Below, piece by piece: positions 1 through 6,729 of a stretch of 10,778 bases of DNA. A program made the translations under genes and the position numbers. This DNA comes from Archangiaceae bacterium. Lineage in GTDB: Bacteria; Myxococcota; Myxococcia; Myxococcales; Myxococcaceae. The stretch covers positions 1 through 10,778 of the forward strand of contig JAYVCD010000121.1 in the NCBI GenBank assembly GCA_043750125.1, written 5' to 3'. The notes under the pieces were generated by a model. That model was not told where the DNA came from. It did no database searches and saw only the letters and a program-made list of their open reading frames with translations. Position 1 is the stretch's first letter. Every line of letters begins with the position of its first letter.

Positions 1-420
1 ACGCAGGCCAAGCTCGCCATCTCGCTCAACGCCAGCAACGACGAGACCCGCAGTCGGATCATGCCGATCAACAAGAAGTGGAACATCGCGGCGCTGATGG
101 ACGCCTGTCGGCAATTCCCGGTCAAACAGGGGCGGCGGGTCACCTTCGAGTACGTCTTGATGGAAGGGGTCAACGATTCGGACCTCAACGCGCATGAATT
201 GGCAGCCTTGCTTCAGGGCGTTCCGGCCAAGGTAAACCTCATTCAATACAACGAAAACCCGGGCCTCGGCTTCGCCACCACCTCGGACAACCGAGCAGAA
301 GCATTCAGGAAAATACTGGAAGCGGCCGAGGTCACCGCACTGATTCGCCAGAACCGCGGGCGGGACATCGCCGCAGCGTGTGGTCAGCTCGCCAATGTCC
401 AACCGGGCGCGGCGCCTTGA
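1..420 (+). CDS. rlmN: Dual-specificity 23S rRNA/tRNA m2A methyltransferase RlmN (radical SAM), 5'-truncated by the window edge
   Basis: Frame 1 is open from base 1 (TQAKLAISLNASNDETRSRIMPINKKW), so the ATG at 61 is internal. RlmN motifs LAISL, TFEYVLMEGVND, KVNLIQYN and C-terminal RGRDIAAACGQL (catalytic Cys). Confidence 0.96.
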   Translation, partial: TQAKLAISLNASNDETRSRIMPINKKWNIAALMDACRQFPVKQGRRVTFEYVLMEGVNDSDLNAHELAALLQGVPAKVNLIQYNENPGLGFATTSDNRAEAFRKILEAAEVTALIRQNRGRDIAAACGQLANVQPGAAP

Positions 421-446
421 CTTTTTGACCTCAAGACCGCTATTGC
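417..446 (+). promoter_or_regulatory. Putative sigma70 promoter for the rpsP operon
   Basis: TTGACT (417-422), 18 nt, TATTGC (441-446), followed by a GC-rich discriminator-like AGCCGCCC. The -10 is imperfect. Confidence 0.45.
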
Positions 447-477
447 AGCCGCCCTTCACAACACTTGGAGTTCAACA

Positions 478-738
478 ATGTCCGTCGTCCTTCGCCTGTC
501 CCGCGCTGGTGCCAAAAAAATGCCGTATTACCACATCGTCGCCGCTGACTCGCGATGCCCCCGGGACGGCAAGTTCATCGAAGCGATTGGCGCGTACGAT
601 CCGAACGCCAGCCCGCCGAAGTTCGAAGTGAACGAAGAGCGTTGGTCGCACTGGCTCAAAGTCGGCGCGCAGCCTTCCGAGACCGTCGCGGGCCTCAAGA
701 AGAAGATCAAGCCTGCCGCTCCGCTCGCCAAGGCTTAA
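478..738 (+). CDS. rpsP: 30S ribosomal protein S16
   Basis: MSVVLRLSRAGAKKMPYYHIVAADSRCPRDGKFIEAIGAYDP is the S16 signature. GGAG RBS at 467-470. Confidence 0.98.
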   Translation: MSVVLRLSRAGAKKMPYYHIVAADSRCPRDGKFIEAIGAYDPNASPPKFEVNEERWSHWLKVGAQPSETVAGLKKKIKPAAPLAKA

Positions 739-762
739 GCCTTTGAGGGGGGTAGCAAGATC

Positions 763-1053
763 ATGAGGGGACTCATTGAGTACATCGCACGCGCGCTCGT
801 GGATCAGCCCGATGCGGTCGAGCTGAAGAGCTCTGACGCCGAAGGGGGCGTTCTCTATGAGCTGAGGGTCGCTCCAGATGACGTGGGCAAGGTCATCGGG
901 CGCGATGGGCGTACCGTGAACGCGCTTCGCACCGTGGTCGCCGCCGCCGCCCAGAAAAAGGGCGAGAAGGCGCGGCTCGAGATCCTCGACGACCGCCGCA
1001 ACGCGCGCGCCGATGGTTCGGTCGAACCCGTTCCTGAAGTCAGCGGCGCGTGA
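763..1053 (+). CDS. khpA: KH-domain RNA-binding protein KhpA (YlqC family)
   Basis: LIEYIARALVDQPD...DDVGKVIGRDGRTVNALRTVV (KH GxxG loop), canonical position between rpsP and rimM, G-rich RBS at 745-753. Confidence 0.93.
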   Translation: MRGLIEYIARALVDQPDAVELKSSDAEGGVLYELRVAPDDVGKVIGRDGRTVNALRTVVAAAAQKKGEKARLEILDDRRNARADGSVEPVPEVSGA

Positions 1054-1559
1054 CCCAGCCACTTCAGTTTGGCTACGTTTCCCGCGCGCACGGCCTCGAC
1101 GGTCAGGTGGTGGTGAAGACGTTTGATCCCGCGAGCCAGGCCCTGTTCGAGATCGACCGGCTCAAGCTCAAGCTCAAAGACGGCACCGAGCGCGAGTACG
1201 CGATCGAAGAAGTCGCCGAAGCCCCGGGAGGCGACCTGCGCGTCAACCTCGAAGGCGTCGAAAATCGCCCCGCGGCAGAAAAGCTGGTCGGGTCGACCGT
1301 CTTCGCTTTTCGAGAGGACCTCGAGGCCCCCACCGAGGGCGAGTTCTTTCAAGGCGACCTGCTCGGCCTGGCTGCCCTCGATGAGCAGGGGCTTGCCCTG
1401 GGCACGGTCGAAGAGATCTGGAACACCGGGCCGGTGCCGAACCTGGTCGTACGGGGAGGCCCCGACGGCGAGCTGCTGGTCCCCTTCGCCGACGAGTTCG
1501 TCGTGAAGGTCGACTTGCAGGCCCGCACCGTGGTGATGAAGGTGCCGGAAATCAAGTGA
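1050..1559 (+). CDS. rimM: Ribosome maturation factor RimM
   Basis: [25 protein letters not shown] and [15 protein letters not shown] motifs. GTG start overlaps the khpA stop (GTGA). Confidence 0.96.
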   Translation: MTQPLQFGYVSRAHGLDGQVVVKTFDPASQALFEIDRLKLKLKDGTEREYAIEEVAEAPGGDLRVNLEGVENRPAAEKLVGSTVFAFREDLEAPTEGEFFQGDLLGLAALDEQGLALGTVEEIWNTGPVPNLVVRGGPDGELLVPFADEFVVKVDLQARTVVMKVPEIK

Positions 1560-2290
1560 CGTACCGCGCCGAAGTGCTGACGCTTTTTCCTCCGATGATC
1601 CGGGGGTACGCCGCCGAGAGCATTCTGGGCAAAGCGATCGAGCGGGGCCTGATCGAGCTCACGATCACTGACATCCGGGACTACGCCGACGGAAAGCACC
1701 GCACCACCGACGACTCGCCCTACGGCGGCGGGGCAGGAATGGTGATGAAGGTCGAGCCGCTGGTCGCTGCGATCGAGCAGGCCCGTGCGCGGCTGCCCGA
1801 GGCCCCCGTGCTGTTGATGAGCCCACGGGGGCCCATCTTCGGCCAGCCCCGGGCCCGTGAACTCGCGGCGAAGGGCTCGATGATCCTCGTCTGTGGCCGG
1901 TACGAAGGCGTCGACGAGCGCGCATTGAAGTACGTCGACGGCGAGCTTTCGCTGGGCGACTTCGTGCTCACCGGCGGCGAGCTGCCCGCGCTGTGTGTCG
2001 TCGACTGCGTCGCCCGGTTGGTTCCTGGCGTTTTGGGGAACGCCGAGTCTGCGATGACCGAGAGCTTCGAAGCCGGGCTGCTCGAGCATCCGCACTACAC
2101 CCGCCCGGCCGAATTTCGCGGGGCGGCCGTTCCTGCCGCACTGCAAAGCGGCGATCACGCCCGCATCGAGCGCTGGCGCCGGTGGCAAACGCTGAAGTTG
2201 ACCCAGGCTCGGCGGCCCGATCTCTTCGCGCGAATCGTGATGTCGAAGGCCGACCAGAAGCTGTTCGCGAAGAGCGAAGACGAGCTGTGA
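1556..2290 (+). CDS. trmD: tRNA (guanine37-N1)-methyltransferase TrmD
   Basis: [51 protein letters not shown] and SGDH motifs. GTG start overlaps the rimM stop (GTGA). Confidence 0.98.
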   Translation: MTYRAEVLTLFPPMIRGYAAESILGKAIERGLIELTITDIRDYADGKHRTTDDSPYGGGAGMVMKVEPLVAAIEQARARLPEAPVLLMSPRGPIFGQPRARELAAKGSMILVCGRYEGVDERALKYVDGELSLGDFVLTGGELPALCVVDCVARLVPGVLGNAESAMTESFEAGLLEHPHYTRPAEFRGAAVPAALQSGDHARIERWRRWQTLKLTQARRPDLFARIVMSKADQKLFAKSEDEL

Positions 2291-2305
2291 GCTGAAGAAG
2301 GCGCC

Positions 2306-3823
2306 CTACTCAGGCACCGGGAACAGCTTCTCGAGTGACGCCGGGACATCGTTCGCCCGGGTGATCTCGAGGTACTTCGGCACCGCCTCGCGCGCGACCC
2401 GCTTCTTTTGAGGGTCGTTCTTGTCCACCGCGTAGAGCCCGAACTGGTACCCCATGCCGTGGTTCCACTCGAAGTTGTCCATCAGGGTCCAGTAGAAGAA
2501 CCCCCGCACGTCGGCGCCGTCCCGAATCGCGCGGCGGATCCAGATCGCATGCCGCACCAGCCAACTGGCTCCCGCCGCAGAATTGGTCTGCACCTGGGCG
2601 CCCGTCTCGGTGACGAAGGTCGGTAGCCCATAGCGATCCTTGATATGCATCGCCATCTCGTAGATTCCCTTCGGGTAGTCCTCGAACAGCACGACGTTCA
2701 GCGGGTCGAACGTGGTCAGCGGCGACAGCGTCGGCAGGCTCGCCGAACCCGTGCCGGTCACCGTGGTTCGCCCGTAATAGTTGATCCCGATGAAATCCAT
2801 TCGCCCGGCGAGGTCGTCGCGGTGCACCGACGTCCCATCGAGCTCTGCGTCGAGATCTCCCTTCGCGACCCCATCGAGAAAGGCGGTGTTGTAGAGGTAG
2901 AAAACGTCTCTCGCCGCGCGCTGGTCGAGCTTCGAGTCCGTCTTCCCCTTCACCGGCGAGGTCGAATAGACCAACCCGACGACCGCGCTCTTCCCGTCGC
3001 CGTCTGCGTCGATCGTGTCGTTGGCCTTCACCGCGTCGTACATCCGCGCGTGGGCCTCGATCAGCGCCACCATCACCGCCTTCGCCGCGTCGACCCGGAA
3101 CCCCACCGCCGGGGGATTGAGTCGTTCAGCGCTCGGCAGCAGGTAGCCCGGCAGCACGATCGCGAACGGCTCATTCTGCGTGGCCCACAGATCCACTTCG
3201 GCGCCGAATTCTCTGGCGCAGAAGCCCGCGTACTTCGCGATCTCTTTCACCGTCCGCTCGCGATCCAGCCACCCCCGCCTGGTGCAGGTCGCAAAGTTGT
3301 TGTGGCAGTCGACCCCGTCATGAATCCAGGTCGGCAAGGTGTAGTGGTTGAGCGTGACCAGCGGCCGGATGCCTCGGGCTTTCAGCGCCGCAAGCATCGC
3401 GTGGTATTTCTTCAGCGCCCTGGGGTCTGCCTTCGCCCTCAAGGCGTCGTACCCCTCGACGGCATCGGTCGCGGTCGGGAAAATTCGACTCCACTCGAGG
3501 CTGAAGCGAAATCCGTTCAAGCCCAGGCCGCTCTTCGCCAGCTCGAAGTCCTGCTCGTACAATTCCCAGTGGCCCGGACCGCGGGAAACCGGATCTTCGG
3601 TGAGGTTCGGCTGCAGGTCCGCCAGCTCAGAACGGCGCGCGATGAAGTCGTACCAGTCGCTGTTGCGATCTTCGCACTCGGCCGCGGGCAGGGTGGGGCA
3701 GCCCATGTCGACCTGGAAGCCCGCCACCGCCGCTCCCCAGAGGAACCCGGAAGGAAACGGGGGCTTGGGGCTCGAGCATCCCAGCGCAGCAGCCAGCAGC
3801 GCCGTCGTGCAGGCCCGAACCAT
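2306..3823 (-). CDS. Glycoside hydrolase family 1 (beta-glycosidase), predicted lipoprotein
   Basis: FPSGFLWGAAVAGFQ, FRFSLEWSRIFP, TLNH, TQNEP (acid/base E218), GINYY, FVTETG (nucleophile E406) and WTLMDNFEW. N-terminus MVRACTTALLAAALG-C resembles a lipobox signal peptide. Confidence 0.95.
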   Translation of the reverse strand: MVRACTTALLAAALGCSSPKPPFPSGFLWGAAVAGFQVDMGCPTLPAAECEDRNSDWYDFIARRSELADLQPNLTEDPVSRGPGHWELYEQDFELAKSGLGLNGFRFSLEWSRIFPTATDAVEGYDALRAKADPRALKKYHAMLAALKARGIRPLVTLNHYTLPTWIHDGVDCHNNFATCTRRGWLDRERTVKEIAKYAGFCAREFGAEVDLWATQNEPFAIVLPGYLLPSAERLNPPAVGFRVDAAKAVMVALIEAHARMYDAVKANDTIDADGDGKSAVVGLVYSTSPVKGKTDSKLDQRAARDVFYLYNTAFLDGVAKGDLDAELDGTSVHRDDLAGRMDFIGINYYGRTTVTGTGSASLPTLSPLTTFDPLNVVLFEDYPKGIYEMAMHIKDRYGLPTFVTETGAQVQTNSAAGASWLVRHAIWIRRAIRDGADVRGFFYWTLMDNFEWNHGMGYQFGLYAVDKNDPQKKRVAREAVPKYLEITRANDVPASLEKLFPVPE

Positions 3824-4776
3824 CAGACGAACAGCGAGCTCAGCGACTCGGCACGGTGAATGCGAGCAATCGCCTCGCCGAACAGCCGTTCGGTCGGCAC
3901 CGCGCGAATTTTTCCGCAGGCCAGCGCTGCCTTGCTCAAGGGAACGGTGTCGGTGAAGACCACTTCTTCGAGCACCGACTCGGTCAGTCGGGTGATCGCC
4001 GGCCCGGACAAGATCGGATGCACCGCGTAGGCAAACACCCGGCGCGCTCCCTTCTCTTTCAAGGCCGCTGCGCCCTGGGCCAACGTTCCCGCGGTGTCGA
4101 CGATGTCGTCGACGATGATCGCGTCACGCCCTTTGACGTCCCCAATCAGGTTCATCACTTCGGAAGAATTGGGGCCCGGTCGGCGCTTGTCGATGATCGC
4201 CAGTGGCGTGTTGAGCCGCTTGGAATACGCGCGCGCCCGCTCGACTCCTCCTGCGTCCGGCGAGACGATCACCAGCTCGTCGGTGTTGGGGAACTTCTTC
4301 TTCATGTCGTCGAGGAACACCGGCGACGCGTAGAGGTGATCGGAAGGAATGTTGAAGAACCCCTGAATCTGGCCCGCGTGCATGTCCATCGACACCACCC
4401 GGCTGACCCCCGAACCCGCCACCAGATCGGCCACCAGCTTGGCGGTGATCGGCGTCCGCGGAGCGACCTTTCGATCCTGCCGCCCGTACCCGTAATAGGG
4501 GATCACCGCGTTGATCGAGGCGGCGCTCGCGCGCTTGCACGCGTCGGCCATGATCAACAGTTCCATCAGGTGATCGTTCACGGGGGGACACGTCGACTGG
4601 ATGATGAAGACGTCCAGTCCGCGGACGTTTTCTCCAATCTCGACCTGAATCTCTCCATCGGAAAAGCGACCCACGTCGGCCTTCGACAGCGGCCGCTTGA
4701 GGTACTCGCAAATCGCTCTGGCCAATACGGGGTTGCTGCTTCCCGCGAAAACCTTGAAGTCGTGGCTGACGGGCAT
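3823..4776 (-). CDS. prs: Ribose-phosphate pyrophosphokinase (PRPP synthetase)
   Basis: FSDGEIQVEIGENVRG, PYYGYGRQDRK, DMHAGQIQGFF, VSPDAGGVERA and IIVDDIVDTAGT (PRPP-binding motif). Confidence 0.98.
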   Translation of the reverse strand: MPVSHDFKVFAGSSNPVLARAICEYLKRPLSKADVGRFSDGEIQVEIGENVRGLDVFIIQSTCPPVNDHLMELLIMADACKRASAASINAVIPYYGYGRQDRKVAPRTPITAKLVADLVAGSGVSRVVSMDMHAGQIQGFFNIPSDHLYASPVFLDDMKKKFPNTDELVIVSPDAGGVERARAYSKRLNTPLAIIDKRRPGPNSSEVMNLIGDVKGRDAIIVDDIVDTAGTLAQGAAALKEKGARRVFAYAVHPILSGPAITRLTESVLEEVVFTDTVPLSKAALACGKIRAVPTERLFGEAIARIHRAESLSSLFV

Positions 4777-4822
4777 GCGGGGTTGAGTAGAACAGCCGCT
4801 TCAACCGATCAACTGTGCCGGC

Positions 4823-5122
4823 TCATTCCGGGTCGAGATACGCCTCGACCACCGGAACCCGCGCGGGCGCCGCCCTCACTTTTTCGTACGCCGCCAGGAC
4901 CTGCTTTTCCATTTTGTCCCGCATCTCGGCATTCAACGGATGCGCGATGTCCTTGTAGGTGCCGTCTTTGCGCTTCTTCGCGGGCATCGCTACGAACAGA
5001 CCGGTCGTGCCATTGATGACCTTCAAATCGCGAACGACGAAGCAGTTGTCGAGCGTGATGGTGACGTACGCACGCAACTTGTCCTCATCAACGGTAAAGA
5101 CCTTCACATCAGTGATGTCCAT
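4823..5122 (-). CDS. spoVG: SpoVG-family nucleic-acid-binding regulator
   Basis: MDITDVKV...KLRAYVTITLDNCFVVRDLKVINGTTGLFVAMPAKKRKDGTYKDIAHPLN is the SpoVG signature. GGGGAG RBS upstream; spoVG near prs is a known arrangement. Confidence 0.96.
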   Translation of the reverse strand: MDITDVKVFTVDEDKLRAYVTITLDNCFVVRDLKVINGTTGLFVAMPAKKRKDGTYKDIAHPLNAEMRDKMEKQVLAAYEKVRAAPARVPVVEAYLDPE

Positions 5123-5231
5123 CTGCGAACTCCCCCCGAGGGCCGCTTGATGCCCCTCAATGCTGCCCTTCGGACTACCTCGGACTGTGCCTCAAATCAT
5201 CTGCTTTGTGGCATCTGATGTAAGCCCAGGG

Positions 5232-5259
5232 TTGACGAACGGTTGCCGATCAGTATGTT
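5232..5259 (+). promoter_or_regulatory. Putative sigma70 promoter for infC
   Basis: TTGACG (5232-5237), 16 nt, TATGTT (5254-5259), followed by GC-rich CCGCCCG. Confidence 0.6.
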
Positions 5260-5296
5260 CCGCCCGATTTTTCTTACCCCTCACGGAGTAGCCGCC

Positions 5297-5998
5297 ATCG
5301 CACGAGATCAAAGGACGAATCGCCGCATTAGAGCCCGCGAAGTGCGGGTGGTGGGAGCACAGGGTGAGCAGCTGGGCGTCTTGACGATCGAGCAGGCGCT
5401 CGAGCGCGCAGGAGCCGATGGCCTCGACCTCGTCGAAGTCAACCCGATGGCCAAGCCGCCGGTCTGTAAGATCATGGACTACGGCCGCTTCAAGTACGAA
5501 GAGAAGAAGAAGACCAACGAAGCCAAGAAGAAGCAGGTGGTCGTCAAGGTCAAAGAGGTCAAGCTTCGTCCCAAGACGGAAGAGCACGACTACGACTTCA
5601 AGATTCGCAACGTCCGTACCTTCATCGAAGAAGGCAACAAAGCGAAAATCACCATCATGTTCCGCGGCCGCGAGATTACCCACCGCGAGCTGGGCACAGC
5701 AGTGCTCGATGACGTGGTTCAGGACCTCAAAGACGTGGCGATCGTCGAAAGCACTCCGCGCATGGAAGGGCGGCAGATGTTCATGATCCTCTCTCCCAAC
5801 GCCAAGGTCGCGCAGAAGGCCCGCGATGCCCACCGCCAGGCGCTGCAGGAACAAGAGAAGGCCAAGGCCGCACGCGCCAAGCAGGAAGAGGCCGAAGAGA
5901 AGCAGGCTGCCAAAGGGGGCGCTGCCTCCACTCCGCCTCCGCCCGACGCAGCCTCGCCTGCAGAAGTGGCCGCACCCGCTACGTCCTCGACGCCGTGA
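5297..5998 (+). CDS. infC: Translation initiation factor IF-3 (233 aa from an ATC start, with C-terminal extension)
   Basis: NRRIRAREVRVV, GLDLVEV, PPVCKIMDYGRFKYE, KEVKLRP and MFRGRE motifs. GGAG at 5285-5288 lies 8 nt before an in-frame ATC (5297-5299). The track's TTG start at 5243 falls inside the predicted promoter. Confidence 0.96.
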   Translation: MARDQRTNRRIRAREVRVVGAQGEQLGVLTIEQALERAGADGLDLVEVNPMAKPPVCKIMDYGRFKYEEKKKTNEAKKKQVVVKVKEVKLRPKTEEHDYDFKIRNVRTFIEEGNKAKITIMFRGREITHRELGTAVLDDVVQDLKDVAIVESTPRMEGRQMFMILSPNAKVAQKARDAHRQALQEQEKAKAARAKQEEAEEKQAAKGGAASTPPPPDAASPAEVAAPATSSTP

Positions 5999-6002
5999 CG
6001 CC

Positions 6003-6024
6003 CTGTCCTCTGCCCAGAGGACAG
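6003..6024. repeat. Perfect 9-bp inverted repeat after infC
   Basis: CTGTCCTCT-gccc-AGAGGACAG with no U-tract following. Confidence 0.75.
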
Positions 6025-6031
6025 CAAGCAG

Positions 6032-6061
6032 TTGACAGGACGGGCAAAAACCCGGTACGAG
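6032..6061 (+). promoter_or_regulatory. Putative internal sigma70 promoter for rpmI-rplT
   Basis: Consensus TTGACA (6032-6037), 18 nt, TACGAG (6056-6061, weak -10), then GC-rich CGCCGCCC. Confidence 0.45.
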
Positions 6062-6099
6062 CGCCGCCCTTTCGCAGCGAAACGCTGCAGGAAATATTT

Positions 6100-6309
6100 A
6101 TGCCCAAGATGAAGACGAAGAGCGGCGCGAAAAAGCGCATGCAGGTGAAGAAGTCCGGGAAGGTGAAGTTCGGTCATGCGATGGGTCGTCACTTGTTCAC
6201 CCACGGCAAGACTCCCGATGGTAAGCGCAAGAACCGAGGCACCGGTCACCTGAAAGACATGGATGCCAAGAAAGTCATCAAGGAGCTGTTCCCCTACGGG
6301 GCGAACTGA
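6100..6309 (+). CDS. rpmI: 50S ribosomal protein L35 (69 aa)
   Basis: MPKMKTKSGAKKR...GKVK...RHL motif, AGGA RBS at 6089-6092, position between infC and rplT. Start corrected from the track's 5995. Confidence 0.96.
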   Translation: MPKMKTKSGAKKRMQVKKSGKVKFGHAMGRHLFTHGKTPDGKRKNRGTGHLKDMDAKKVIKELFPYGAN

Positions 6310-6315
6310 AGAACC

Positions 6316-6663
6316 ATGCGCGTCAAACGAGGTTTCAAGGCCCGTCGTCGTCGTAACCGTGTCCTCAAACTCGCCAAGGGTTTCCGGGGCCGTCGCAAGA
6401 ATTGCTACAAGCGCGCGAATCAGGCTGTCGAACGCGCTCTCGACTACGCCAGCCGCGATCGCATGCGGCGCAAGCGCGATTTCCGTGCACTCTGGATCGT
6501 TCGGATCAACGCGGCGTCGCGGGCCCTCGGCCTGTCCTACTCGAAGCTGATCGCCGGGTTGATCAAGGCCAAGATCGCCATTGACCGCAAGATCCTCGCG
6601 GATCTCGCCGTCTCGGACCCTGCCGGTTTCGGAGCCGTCGCCAACATCGCGAAGGCGGCCTAG
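6316..6663 (+). CDS. rplT: 50S ribosomal protein L20
   Basis: MRVKRG...LKLAKGFRG...[23 protein letters not shown]...SYSKLI...DRKILADLA. Confidence 0.98.
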   Translation: MRVKRGFKARRRRNRVLKLAKGFRGRRKNCYKRANQAVERALDYASRDRMRRKRDFRALWIVRINAASRALGLSYSKLIAGLIKAKIAIDRKILADLAVSDPAGFGAVANIAKAA

Positions 6664-6689
6664 AGAACTTTTTTCCGTTCGCAATTTCC

Positions 6690-6729
6690 AGGGTCGCCTT
6701 GCTTCGCGCAGGGCGGCCCTTATTTTTTT
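6690..6729 (+). terminator. Intrinsic terminator (possible attenuator) between rplT and pheS
   Basis: 13-bp stem AGGGTCGCCTTGC / GCAGGGCGGCCCT (2 G-U pairs), loop TTCGC, followed by TATTTTTTT. Confidence 0.85.

Noticed and set aside
514-520. A7 run in rpsP as a frameshift or phase-variation site
   Set aside because: Encodes Lys-Lys-Met in an intact essential gene.
472-2188. Minus-strand and alternate-frame ORFs over rpsP-trmD
   Set aside because: Fully overlap conserved genes and are expected from stop-codon scarcity in high-GC DNA.
2645-5016. 404-aa and 386-aa plus-strand ORFs opposite GH1 and prs
   Set aside because: Antisense shadows of well-supported genes, with Arg/His/Val-rich composition and no domain motifs.
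5209-5226. TGGCAT as a sigma54 -24 box
   Set aside because: No GC at the required -12 spacing on either strand.
6100-6108. CCC second codons in rpmI and prs as TrmD-sensitive slippery sites
   Set aside because: They are followed by A and G respectively, not the CCC-C/U context associated with +1 slippage, and Met-Pro is the normal L35 start.
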